NCBI GenBank assembly: GCA_964252035.1
Contig: CAXUOO010000037.1
Direction: 5' to 3' (one strand)
DNA: 64,000 bases
Source: Podarcis erhardii
Lineage: Eukaryota
Numbering within the stretch: the stretch's first letter is position 1; each line of letters opens with the position of its first letter. This document shows, one piece after another, positions 39,201 to 50,215 of the stretch. The notes beneath the pieces were generated by a model. That model made no database searches, was not told where the DNA came from, and saw nothing but the letters and a program-made list of their open reading frames with translations. Both the position numbers and the translations under genes were made by a program.

Positions 39201-42200
39201 TAATCGTCGCTCTTGTCCCGTAATGAGAGACACTTTTTTGCCAGCTGTTTTCAGCATGATATAAACTTCCCAAGCAAGGAGTCGCAAGGGAGCGAGGTAG
39301 CACCCAGTAGACGCTTGCAACAGCTGCGAAACTGCGCAAGCTGTTTTGCCACTATTCGGTGGCCCTATATGTGCTATTATTTGTCTTTCCATTTGACGCG
39401 CTAGCGGATACCATAAAGCCGGAGATCGTAGATCCTGCAAGCCCAGCAGCAGCAACACTCTGATAGTTGTTACGGCTATCAGGTTGACACTGAAATGGAG
39501 ACATTATTGCAGATATGTACACACAAAATTGCACTTGTTTCTTTGGATGGGCCACTACTAGGGCTACGAACCAGGCGAGAAGTGATTTGTCAGGTGAACA
39601 CCAATCGGCGATTTGAGCTGTCAGTTGGGCTGGTATATAGAAGTACTTACTATATGAGACAACTGAATACAGGAAACAGGTGGTTTGACAAGTGCATCTT
39701 TGTGCATTATGGAGAGATGTGTGTTGAAGTTCATACAATTTTATACAGTGAGCAACGTGTTGGTGTCGCCTGAAAATAGGAAAGAAGCAGGAACCCTGCA
39801 GTAGTGACACAGGAATGAAAACGGATCCCCACTGGCGTTGTTGTGTGAAACTGCATTGAACATTATGCACTTTCCTTTCAGTGATTCCCAGGTGGTTCCC
39901 TAATCATATCTGCTCTTTCTATCTGGCTGCCGGGTCAGCAGGTACTGCAAGTTAGTAAAAGAGGCTTTTTCAATGAAAATCATAAGTAGCCAGCATAACT
40001 GCAGTACAATGCAGACGATGGTAAAAATCTACAGTGCAGGACTTGTAGCGGAAAGTGCAGGAAATTAAAGCCAATTTATCTGCATTGAGCAGCCTGCATA
40101 ACCAACTATGCTTTCAATGTATACGACGTGACTATCTGCCTGAAAGAGAAAGACGCTTACAGGGGATGCCAAATGACAATCTAGAGTCGGCAATGGCCTT
40201 ACAAAAAAGATAAATACGATGCATAGTGTGTATAAAATATATATATATAGATAAATATACATATGGGGCTGATTAGCCTGAATGCTTTTTACTTCCTCAC
40301 GGGAGGTGTTGGTAAAGGAGAGAGCTTCAAAGAGTAAAAGAAGGCGCGAGTATCGAAAGAAATCTGGTCAGCACAGTGCCCAGTTCAACTTATAGTGATA
40401 CAAAAAATAGACATGCTATTGTTCCGAGCAGTCACGCATTCTTCGCTATACGAAGCCATCTAAATTGTTTACAACTGACCACCAAGGTGGTAGATTCGAA
40501 AACCATTAACTGATTATTCTGACTGAGGCGCCCCATAGACGCAACAAACTGTACAAGTCAGCATGCAGGACATGCGATACCACACACCGCTCGCTGAAGT
40601 GTTGTACGACAGAATAGCCAGACAGATCCAGGAAAATTTGCGAGCATGCATTCGCGGTTGAGTCGACTACGAGCATGTTTTTTCCGCACACATATCTATA
40701 TACGCTTGAACTTACATGCATACGAGTAACAGACTCCTTCAAAAAGCAAGCAAGCCGGAAGCATACAAAGTGTTAGCATGATGCAGTAGTAGACCAGCTA
40801 CAACTGCGTGTAGGACGAACTAGTTGACTCGCGACTAGGGAATGGCTGTCTTATACATATCGTATAATTTTATTCTAATGATTCACTTACGGCCAACCGC
40901 GTCAGATTTTTCAGCTGCAGCAGCTGCTCCGGGTGTTGTTCCGCCAGATAAAGACGAATGAGACAAAGTAGAGGGGCCAGCTGCGCAGTTTCCTTTTCGC
41001 TGACATCAGTGCGGCACTTTTTGTCGCTGCTGCTGTTGTTGCTAACATTCAAACTCTTTTCGTGTGTGTTACGTTCTTTTCCTCTCTCGCTGAAACGCAA
41101 CAGCTGCAAGAAAAGCATAAGAACCCAAAGAAACAATGCATGTAGCAGATATCCATATATGGTTAGTTGCGGTTGCTCATAAGACCCGAGAACAGATGAC
41201 AAATCCGCCGCGGCCACCAAATGAAAGTGCGACTGAGCGTAGAAATATACCCATGTGTGAAACACGTCACATTGATTGCAGTTTGAGTATGTTAATGCAT
41301 ATAGACTTCAAGCATCGTCACCCACAGAAAACGTCAACCGGCCTTTTTGCGGTTTCAACAGGCCTGGTTCTACACTGCCAGAAAATATATATTCAGCCAA
41401 CAAGAGGACGCCTCCAAATTGTTCCCGCTAAATAGAACAAGAATTCGACGACAGCATCGGATCATATGCTAGCGCTTCGCTACATGCACGTCTGCTGCAA
41501 AGAATCAGCAAAACTCGTCACTCATGTACACTTCAAAAGGCACATAGTAAATCGACCAAGGATGCCCTCTCTTCATCTCCTTTGTTGATTCGTTTGAAAA
41601 GCTTGAACAGAAATTAGATGAAGGCGATATTCTGCAGGAGGACTCGCAGAGATGTTCAGCCGTAAAATCTTTCGATAATGCACCTTTTCTGATATTATCA
41701 CAGGTTTTGGCTACGTAGGACAACAGTGCATAAATGCAGGACCACAGTTCACCCAAAGTACTAGTTGATTACGCCAGTGGCTGAATGAACGAGCAATAAA
41801 GAAAATATATGTATATATTAATAAGTGATATATCAGTAAATTTTTACATAGAAATGGATATTTCAGCACAGGGATCTAGCGTGTTGATGGCTGTCGATAC
41901 GTACCACGGCAGCAATGGGGAAAGAGCGACAAGCCTTGACGACAATAAAACATCAAAAGTTTGACAACGGACACACATACATTCGCAAGCTTTATATATC
42001 GACACATTCTTATGTAGGCGCTTCGCACACTTAGCCGATGTCTGCGAAAAAACAGATTCAACTAGACAGTCAAGGATAGACTCTCGATGACAGACATAAA
42101 GAGCACATACAGACCAAACGACATTTGAAGCATATATACACATACGTACGATTGTGTGAGAGTAGGAAAGCCACATTATTTGCAAAAAGTCAAGATGAAT

Positions 42201-44982
42201 TTGCAGTGTGATCGCATTGACGTGTAAGTTTGCTTCGGTCGTTGTTTTACAGAGAGAATCTCAAAGTTATCTCACTTCAACCAATTACCCTATTGCTGCT
42301 GTTGACACACCGCTAGATCTACGGTTGCGGCCGCCGCAACTTCAGGTATGTCGGTGTTGGCTGGTTTTACGCTGCAGCTACAGCTGCCGGTATCCTTACA
42401 GTTTCATAAGTGTTCCAGCAGAATCCTCCTGTAGACGTTGAGTCACTTTCCTCTTCTGTGCTCTCACTGATCCTGGTGTATTCGTGAAATAAAGTTTTTT
42501 CACGTGATTTCTCAGCATCCAGGGCTTCAGCCAAACCTTCTTGCAGGGAAACAGCTTTACCAAAAAGGCAATCTCTCAGCTGTTTCAGTAAAAGACTAGT
42601 ACTTTTTGTCTCTCTGTGTGCGCCTGCGTACAATAGTTCCCTGTACAAGATGCTGCATGCGCTCCTGCTGCTTGGCCTGCTAGACCAGTTGTAGCTGTTC
42701 CACCAAGTGCAGCTGTTTGGTCTACTCCTACCGCTGGTGAGATATGTGAAGACTTCAGCGCCAAGACTGCACTTGGCACTTCTACTGCTGCAGCTGCTTG
42801 TAATGCTGCTATTCCGGCAGGTGCTGCTGCTTCAGCACCTAGTTTAGTGAGATGGTAAGGCAACTTGCTTCTAGGACTATCTGTACATGATAGATTTGAA
42901 TACGTGTTCTTGCGGGTATTTGATGGACGTGCTCGCACCACTGCTGATGAGAAGCGGGGAAATTCAATGTTTTGTTCGTGAAAGCTGCAGGAAAAGCCGA
43001 GCCTTCGCTGAGACTGAATGCGTTCTCGATTACGCGCTTGAAATAACGCAAACAGCTTCTCATTACTGCTGGATGCCGCAGCAGGAGGACAGGCAGACCC
43101 CACTTTTTCTGTAAATATTCACAGAGACTATCGTTCTGCAGTAGTGTTTGCCACAGTTTGTCGAATTCTTTTTCCTCCAGTGGTGTAAGTGGCGTTATTT
43201 CTACTTGCCTATTGTAAACTTCACAAATGTTCAGGTTTTGCATTTGTATATTTTGCTGAGTTGATGAGTGTGAACAATGTCCTTTTGACTCTACTGCACG
43301 AATCATTTCACACCTACGATCATCTGCTGTTTCCACCGAGGGATTTGCGTTGTACAAATGCTCTATTTTAGTTTTTTGAAACACTGCGCTGCGGCAATCA
43401 TTTTCCTCTTCTACTACGTCCTTCCCACCTGATGCACGTGTTCCGGTAGGAACTAGGGGTAAAAAGTCTTCTTTTTCCATATCTGCTGCGTGAATTGCGG
43501 CGTCTGTCGCAGCCGCAGCTGCGGCACCAATTGTCATTTGGTTGGAGGGACTGCCTGCGGCCTCTGACGCTGTCGCGGTATTTGACGAACAAAAAAGATG
43601 ATTTTTACTGGGCCGCGTAGGCGCTGCCAGTCGGATTGTCTCTAACGTCATCGTCTTCTTCCTCCTAGCAGCAGCTGCTGCAACTGACATTATCTGTTCT
43701 TCTGCTGAATGTGACTTATTGAAGGCAGTTAATAAAGTTCTGGATGCACAAGCGGTATTCATTGCCCCTTCGAAAGCTGCTTGAGCTTCTCCACGGTTGA
43801 GACACGTATCTATGAATGCCTGCTTATTTGTTGCTTCCTTGCTGCTGGCGAGGGTGAAGAGGTCGTAGTAGAATAAACGACACCAGTAGCATAGCAGTGC
43901 GATTTATCACTATAAAGACAATCTGCAGAATCTGGCGACGCTGAAAAAGTGTTCAGGAAACCAGCTTTTGCATGTGGAGGACTGCTCGTGGAGCTAGAAA
44001 TGCAAATCATTTCTTTTGTCTCTGTTGATAGACAATTTGCTGAGCTGGGAATGTCTATACCAAACATCTTGCTTGTCTGTCTTGCAGACGACGCCCCTGT
44101 ATGATGTGCCATAGCTGTATCCTCCTGAAATGCTGCACGAGAAGGATGCTCAGACAACGATATGCCTGGAGCCGTTCTTGTGGTATTCTCCTCCGGGGCT
44201 TTACGAAGCAGTTGTCTGGATGAATTATGTAGATTGTTAGAATCCTCTGACAAGATAACGCGAACTGCCGAGGACTTCTGAGCACCACTCATCCACGCAC
44301 ATGCACCAACACCCTCAGGAATACGTGGCAGTGGCGTCCGGAAGTTGTGCTGCTGACGCACATATTCATGTACCCCGTCATACTGGGTTGCTGTACTGCT
44401 ATGTGTCGATAGTTCAGAAATCTGCTGTTCTCTTTTTGATGCCGCTCTCGACTTCGCATAATTGCGCTGCTGTATCGCTGCTCGAAAACTGGCAGTTTCT
44501 TCAAAAAGGTGCAGGTAGCGTCTTTCCAAGGAAGTTCTTGATTCTGCAGAGGCTTGCTGGTGCGTTTCTTTCCATGATAAGGTTTGCTTTGCTAAGTCTT
44601 GCTTTGCTAAGTCTTGCTGCCTTCTTACTTTATGCGTAGATGAACGATGTGAAAGAGTGTGCTGATACTTTTCTTCTATTGTAACTCTTGCTATGGCAAA
44701 GTCTTGCACCTGATTTCGTATTAATATACGAGTTGATGTGTTCAACTCTTGTCGCCTTCCAGTTTCTAGGAAGATTCTCAGGTCTGCAATACAGCCTTTC
44801 TGTTGCACAGTTCGCGAAATTCTATAATCTGTGGTGTTTTGCTTGATACCGGACTTCCTGTAAAGAAGCAAATTATTTGTCAGCGTAGGAAGGTGCAATA
44901 ACGGTTGTGAATTAGCACATGCAAATGAAGCCCGCTCTAAATGTAGTTGCTGAAAGCTCAGGTTCGCCGCCGCCATGATCAT
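28936..44982 (-). CDS. SUV3: SUV3/SUPV3L1-like mitochondrial ATP-dependent RNA helicase; multi-exon gene span
   Basis: [23 protein letters not shown] (Walker A), [80 protein letters not shown] and C-terminal [19 protein letters not shown]. Exons: ~44982-42289 (frameshifted), ~41760-41532 (tentative), 41103-40891, 39434-39195, 36641-36504, 35428-35312, 34421-33299, 32083-28936. The start is uncertain. Confidence 0.92.
33299..34421 (-). CDS. SUV3: SUV3 exon (RecA2 domain with Ala-rich insertion)
   Basis: actcag|ATG; [35 protein letters not shown]. The donor GAAG|GTCCTC is less certain. Confidence 0.88.
35312..35428 (-). CDS. SUV3: SUV3 exon
   Basis: ttacag|GCG; [39 protein letters not shown]; AAA|GTAAGT. 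Confidence 0.9.
36056..36310. repeat. ~115-bp tandem duplication interleaved with (TA)n tracts (SUV3 intron)
   Basis: ttgtatgtatgtatactat.tgagtata.atgcgccgatacaaaaaaaa at 36109 and 36224, flanked by (TA)n. Confidence 0.9.
36504..36641 (-). CDS. SUV3: SUV3 exon (Walker B); not in ORF track
   Basis: tttgtag|GGG; [46 protein letters not shown]; CCA|GTAAGC. Confidence 0.9.
39195..39434 (-). CDS. SUV3: SUV3 exon (Walker A, motif Ia)
   Basis: ttgcag|GAT; [31 protein letters not shown]...[10 protein letters not shown]...TGQERRLCQ; CAG|GTGAGC. Confidence 0.92.
40891..41103 (-). CDS. SUV3: SUV3 exon
   Basis: cttgcag|CTG acceptor; ...[19 protein letters not shown]; GCC|GTAAGT donor joins in frame to DLRSP. 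Confidence 0.8.
41532..41760 (-). CDS. SUV3: Tentative SUV3 exon
   Basis: Phase-2 acceptor ctag|T matches the upstream phase-2 donor, and the frame is open ([15 protein letters not shown]...). The donor position is weak and uncertain. Confidence 0.35.
42289..44982 (-). CDS. SUV3: SUV3 long N-terminal exon (several frameshifts)
   Basis: Chain of overlapping long ORFs in different frames (43810-45054, 42839-43762, 42585-43103, 42367-42648), ending at donor GG|GTAATT. Contains helical-looking [26 protein letters not shown]. Confidence 0.6.
44583..44617. repeat. 15-bp coding tandem duplication (QDLAK x2) in the SUV3 N-terminus
   Basis: ttgctttgctaagtc occurs twice. Confidence 0.85.
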
Positions 44983-47594
44983 TGTGCCTGTTGAAACGCA
45001 TGTGATAGTCAAAGAGAGCCAGTGTTTGTGTGGTACATTGCATGTTTGTCGCACTGATACTTCAAAACGTCTCTAACTTAAGTTCAGTTTGGTGATGTTG
45101 CAGCGTGTAATACTGAAGAATTGGAGGTGAAACAAGATACTTGAGTTTTTCAGATTCTGAATGAGAAGCTTCTTGTTTTTCGTCTCCTCATCGAATTGTG
45201 TTTTCATTTGATGTGTACTGGTATCGACCAACAACAACACAATCATACAGAGATTGCGGATGAGCGCGAGATCCCCAAAATGGTGACGAGGACGTGTGAA
45301 GAAATTGAATAATATAGAATTTCCCGGCAATAAGTGACCCGCACTGTCGGAAGGTGGCCCATAAGCTTCAACCGTTTGTACATGCAAGCGGCCAGGATGT
45401 TTGGTCGAGGAGTGGAATATACGTAAGGGATAGAAGCAATTGCTCTCTGATATTTGAGTGTGCACTGAAATGACACGGCTTAATACAGAAAACCTGTGTT
45501 TGTCATGCTGCTGGAACAAGGGTATATAATACACACTTATTGTGAAAGGGTAGAATTTGAATGGAAGCTCATTCTCCAGGGAAAAGAATGCCGCGATCGC
45601 AGGAGAGCGTGTGTCAAAAAGAATCAATATTGACTAGCTTTCTTGTGCTCGAACCCTTAGCGCTCCTCCCACTTGCGCAGCTTATCTGGACGAATGTAAT
45701 TCTCTATCACTGCATCATCAACTTTCGGTAACTATTGGTGTCCCTCGGATGTAAAATATGTCCGCTCGACCTCTGCAATAAGTTCTAAGAAATATTGTCA
45801 GACACACATGCAGAAAAGGCGAGCAGAAAGAAGGGATGAACAGCGCAGACAGTTGATGATATAAGCAGGTAACTGTCTGGAGTTGTTGAGAAATGCTAGA
45901 TCTTTTCACTGTAACAAAACGAACAAGGATTTGAAGGCCCTTACAAGCTGGAGATCGTCACTGAAAAGCAGCGCTGTCTTCATATGCATAAGAACAGGAG
46001 GAGGAAGTGTGTTACAAAGTGCAAACTAAGTGCAAAGCCCAGAAATCCCCAACAAACCTTTCTTGGGAATTTCTGGGCTTTGCTCTACACCATAACAATT
46101 TGCATATCGAGTGCCTTGTCGTCGACTAGCCTTTATCATGCATGCCACTGTAATGCACTAAGATCAGGCCCTATTATGTTTCCACGTCCTTATGTGCGTT
46201 TACCCTTGAATTTTATACAATCTGTCGGTGTCGTCGTGTGTAACGCCAGCGTTCGCCAACTGGGCCATTTTGTAAAGCTTCATCAGAAAGCATGCGCGGG
46301 ACAACACGCTTGCATGTACCGCTCATTGCTTTGTTCGCATCGATGAGACCAGGAAGAAATCACGAAGTTTGTCAATCAGACCTTTGACAGATTATAAAAA
46401 CCAGCCTCTGACTCACAAATATGGCAAGATAGGAAAAACAGCTTGTCCTTTACAGGCAGGTGTTTAATGGCAACCGCTACCTATGACGTGCGCTCGATGT
46501 CTCCCCTTTTACTCCACTCTTGCTCCGTCCAATAATTTCTCTGGGTGTGCGACATTATGAGGCTGATATATGCGTTTTCGGATGGCGAAAGAGAGGATCA
46601 CTGTAAGCTCAGCCGTCATTCGCATTCGCAGCATTGAAATCCATCTCGTTTTTTCTGTGACATCACAACTGAGTTGTACCGTAGGATGTCTTTCGCAGCC
46701 GAATCACAATCGTATTTGCTGTGTAGGTTTCGACGAGCAGATGAAGGTTGGCGTGCTCTGATTGTTTCGTAAATGTCTATAATAAATGTGTCTGTTCTCC
46801 AGATATGGTAGCAGCATGCTTGATACTTCCGTACAAACTTTCGGAACGAAGATGTGGCGGCGACGAGGCTCATTGAGTACACTGATGAAACGAAAATCAT
46901 TCAAAAATTTTTTCTACTTTGTGAGTCGTTCTTCACCAAGCGCTAAAAGATGTCAGCAGGAGAACGCGAGCAGAATACGTAGTCTTGTAGCGCCTGTGTT
47001 GACATCGCCGGTTTTAGTGATTCGGTGCTTCGGTGTCCTGACAAACACCTGACTTTTACATTTTGAACTGTGTTGAGCACTAAACATAATTATGTGCCGG
47101 AATTTCGTCGATTTTTTGATCGAGATATATATATATATATAAGGCTTTTGAATCTTCACAGCGTCATGCGCTGTCGGCCATACATGCAATGTATTAACTA
47201 TTGTATATACACTATAAATGCAGATCTAAAATTTTGAAGTTCCTTGTTCCCTACGTGTGTGTAATTTTCGAGCGCTTTTGAGACTGCCTAGTTAGTGTAG
47301 ATGCTCCTAGGACGCTAATTTGCGTACCCTCTTTAAACACTGTACAACATTCGAGTACACCTTATCATACTAGAGAAAAAGGACAGATTCGGACAGGTGC
47401 CGCGGTCTCCAATCTGCCTAGCAATTTGATACGTCAGAAGCCCGCGTCTCACCTGCGTATCTTGAAGGACGCTTGGTGCTCGTCAACTTTATATATTATT
47501 TAGAGACTTACGACATACGATGGAGAACAATAGCACAAAAATTTGATGTAGAACAAACGCGACTGTCACTGAGTATCAACAATCGTCTTGAAAT

Positions 47595-48508
47595 ATGGTC
47601 GTGAAGCTGATAGTGGGAGAAGCTTTACTATTCTGCAGCGTTGCTTTCCAGGCTGCAGCCCTTCACTACTCTCAATTTCTTAGGTGAGCTAAGCACTGAT
47701 ACGCATACTCTCTGTTTCGCGTATCCTTGGACAGCATTGATACCCACGGTCGGGTGCGCCAGACTGTACCTTTATGTGCAGAGTTTGTAGTAAGGAAAAC
47801 TAAAGGAAAAAGCAATGTTACACAACTGATATCACGTATGCAGCCGGAATCTGCTGGACCGTCATCCAGATGTTGGTCCTCCTGCGCAATCACGCCAAAA
47901 AAGGCGGCATGTAACGATCAAGCTGAAAGTGAGCACTACCGAAGCAATGGCGCATTTATTTGCCTAGCATGGTTTCGTTCTATAGAATGGCAATATTTGC
48001 TGCAAATTCCCACAAAACCTTTTATGGAGCTGCCCTTTGGATATGCTGGTATACCCTGTATGTCTTGAAAACGATAAGTACAGCTGTTACAACCTTTTAG
48101 GCTGCCTCCTCACTGAAAAGCGATATCTTTGCACACTTTCAAAGACAACCAATGTGGAATGCCCTACAAACGCTGCAACTATGGTGAAACAAATCCGCCT
48201 AACACGAAATTGATAGAATAACTAATTAAGTTCGCAGGTCTCACCGGGAGCCACATGCTATACAGCATGCGGTGTACCAAGTTGCCCGGAAGGAGATTTC
48301 CACGAGTTGAACCCTTATACAGATTTTAAGGTACAAGAACTTACGGATAATTATCTAGACAGTCATACAAATCAAGACAAGTAATCTTCAGTTTTCCGGA
48401 TGCCAAGGCGGCGCTCATAGAACCAGATGCAAAAAAAGGGGAGGAGAGCATGTTGAAACGCTGACAAAAAACATTGTACCAATACCAAAAACGCTCCCCG
48501 TAGAGTAA
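47595..48508 (+). CDS. Hypothetical secreted cysteine-rich protein, 5 exons, 191 aa
   Basis: Exons 47595-47683, 47735-47928, 48101-48183, 48238-48330 and 48392-48508 total 576 nt. All four GT-AG introns (51, 172, 54, 61 nt) are phase-compatible with no internal stop. N-terminal hydrophobic signal-like segment MVVKLIVGEALLFCSVAFQAAA, then 12 Cys. Confidence 0.72.
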
Positions 48509-49096
48509 TGATAGCGCTATATTGATGCATGCACACCAAAAAGACGAGGCGATTTTTCCCGCTCGAATCGTCCTGTCTTAAAAGAGTGGAGCTTACCTTG
48601 AAGCTTCGATTTGTCTACCTTGCGCGCTATAGAACAATTGCCTGAGAATATGAATGTCTCCTCGTTCAATAAAATTAACTTCCATCTAATTCAAATAACG
48701 GGTATATAATTAATTGCTCTAAAAAAGGCTAAAACTGGCCCCAGAGTTCCCACTTCACTAACGTCAGACAAATTCTGCCTAATGAACTTCTATACAAGCA
48801 TACGCCTATACCAGTCAAATATTATCTAGTAAAGACTCGCCGCACCACTTAATGCATGCACACTCCACGCAAGTGTTTTGAAAATTTTTTACCATCCACC
48901 ACGCTTCAGGCTTGCCCACAAGCAATTGAACCATTCAGTTTATGTGGTTTCACATACACATCCGTGTAGATTACCTTTATTTTATTACACTACACCTCTA
49001 CTATACAACACGACTGATGAATTGTTCTTTCAGAACATGACTTCAATTTCATCTTTGACCTCCGAATGAGAATATCTTTCTCGTTGATGGCCAGTA

Positions 49097-50173
49097 TCAA
49101 AGCCTAGTATTTTCATCCAGTGAAAGTTTGTACCGGATGTAGGAATAATACGATATGCCGACGATCGAAGCGACTGCAAGAGATATACATGACACAAAAC
49201 CGCTGAAGCATATTTGAAGAAAAAATATAGGTGATGAATGCAATACGAGGGAGCTCAAGCAGCAGAGAACATAATTACCTCCCATATTTGAATGCGGGAT
49301 GTACAATATATAGGGTCGTGTATGTCACGAAGACGCTGGAATGCTTACCTATGCCGAAAATGACGCGGTAAGTCAACAACTCACCGAAGATTACCTGAGC
49401 ACCCAACCCACAACAAATTTCAATATATTAGTACCAAAACAGTTCTAAACTGTTTTTTGTTATCAGCGACCGTTGCTACAGGAATCTACCGATCCAATTT
49501 TCAAATTTCTCCGGCCTTAAACTTGCGAAGCTCCGCATCAGATGCAAAGCGTTGCGGAAAACATTCCACTATACATATATATATGTATATATATACGCTA
49601 GCTCAATATAGCCAACAATTTTTAAACAATGATACATATATATATATATATATATTTATGTATACTCCAAGGATGTGTAGCTATTGGTGAACGGAAAATT
49701 TCAGCTATATTAAAATTTGCGAATGTTATTAGAACAAGTTTTTCGTGCAGTTTAGCCAAGAGCTGATAATATATATGCGAACCTTCAAAAGCCAGGAGCG
49801 GCAGAAGAACAGAGTGGCAACGTAAGCGTATTCAATATCTATTTATATAATTTATATACGTAAATTTTATGTAGTCCTTACAGCAGACATCGAAATCGTG
49901 AGAATTTCTTTCCCCAAACCCGCGACGCAGAGAGACACCGAGGAGGTCAACCCTGATACAACGACATACCGAATAAAGTGAAGAAGTGCGTGAAAAGGTC
50001 AAACCTAATACAACGACGAGCTGCATAAAGTATTGCAGTGCCTCATAACTCATAATGAACACATTCGCGGAGTATACAAAATTAGCAATATGATAACGTC
50101 GGGAAATATCACATGACAAATTTGACACACGCTACATAGGTAAACAAATCAAAAGAATTATAACACCTACATA

Positions 50174-50215
<42 letters not shown>

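Noticed and set aside
46570-47052. Cluster of splice-like signals suggesting another small + strand gene (MAKERIT|GTAAGC, CTCCAG|, |GTGAGT)
   Set aside because: Every exon combination I tried met a stop (ATA TGG TAG) or needed introns under 30 nt.
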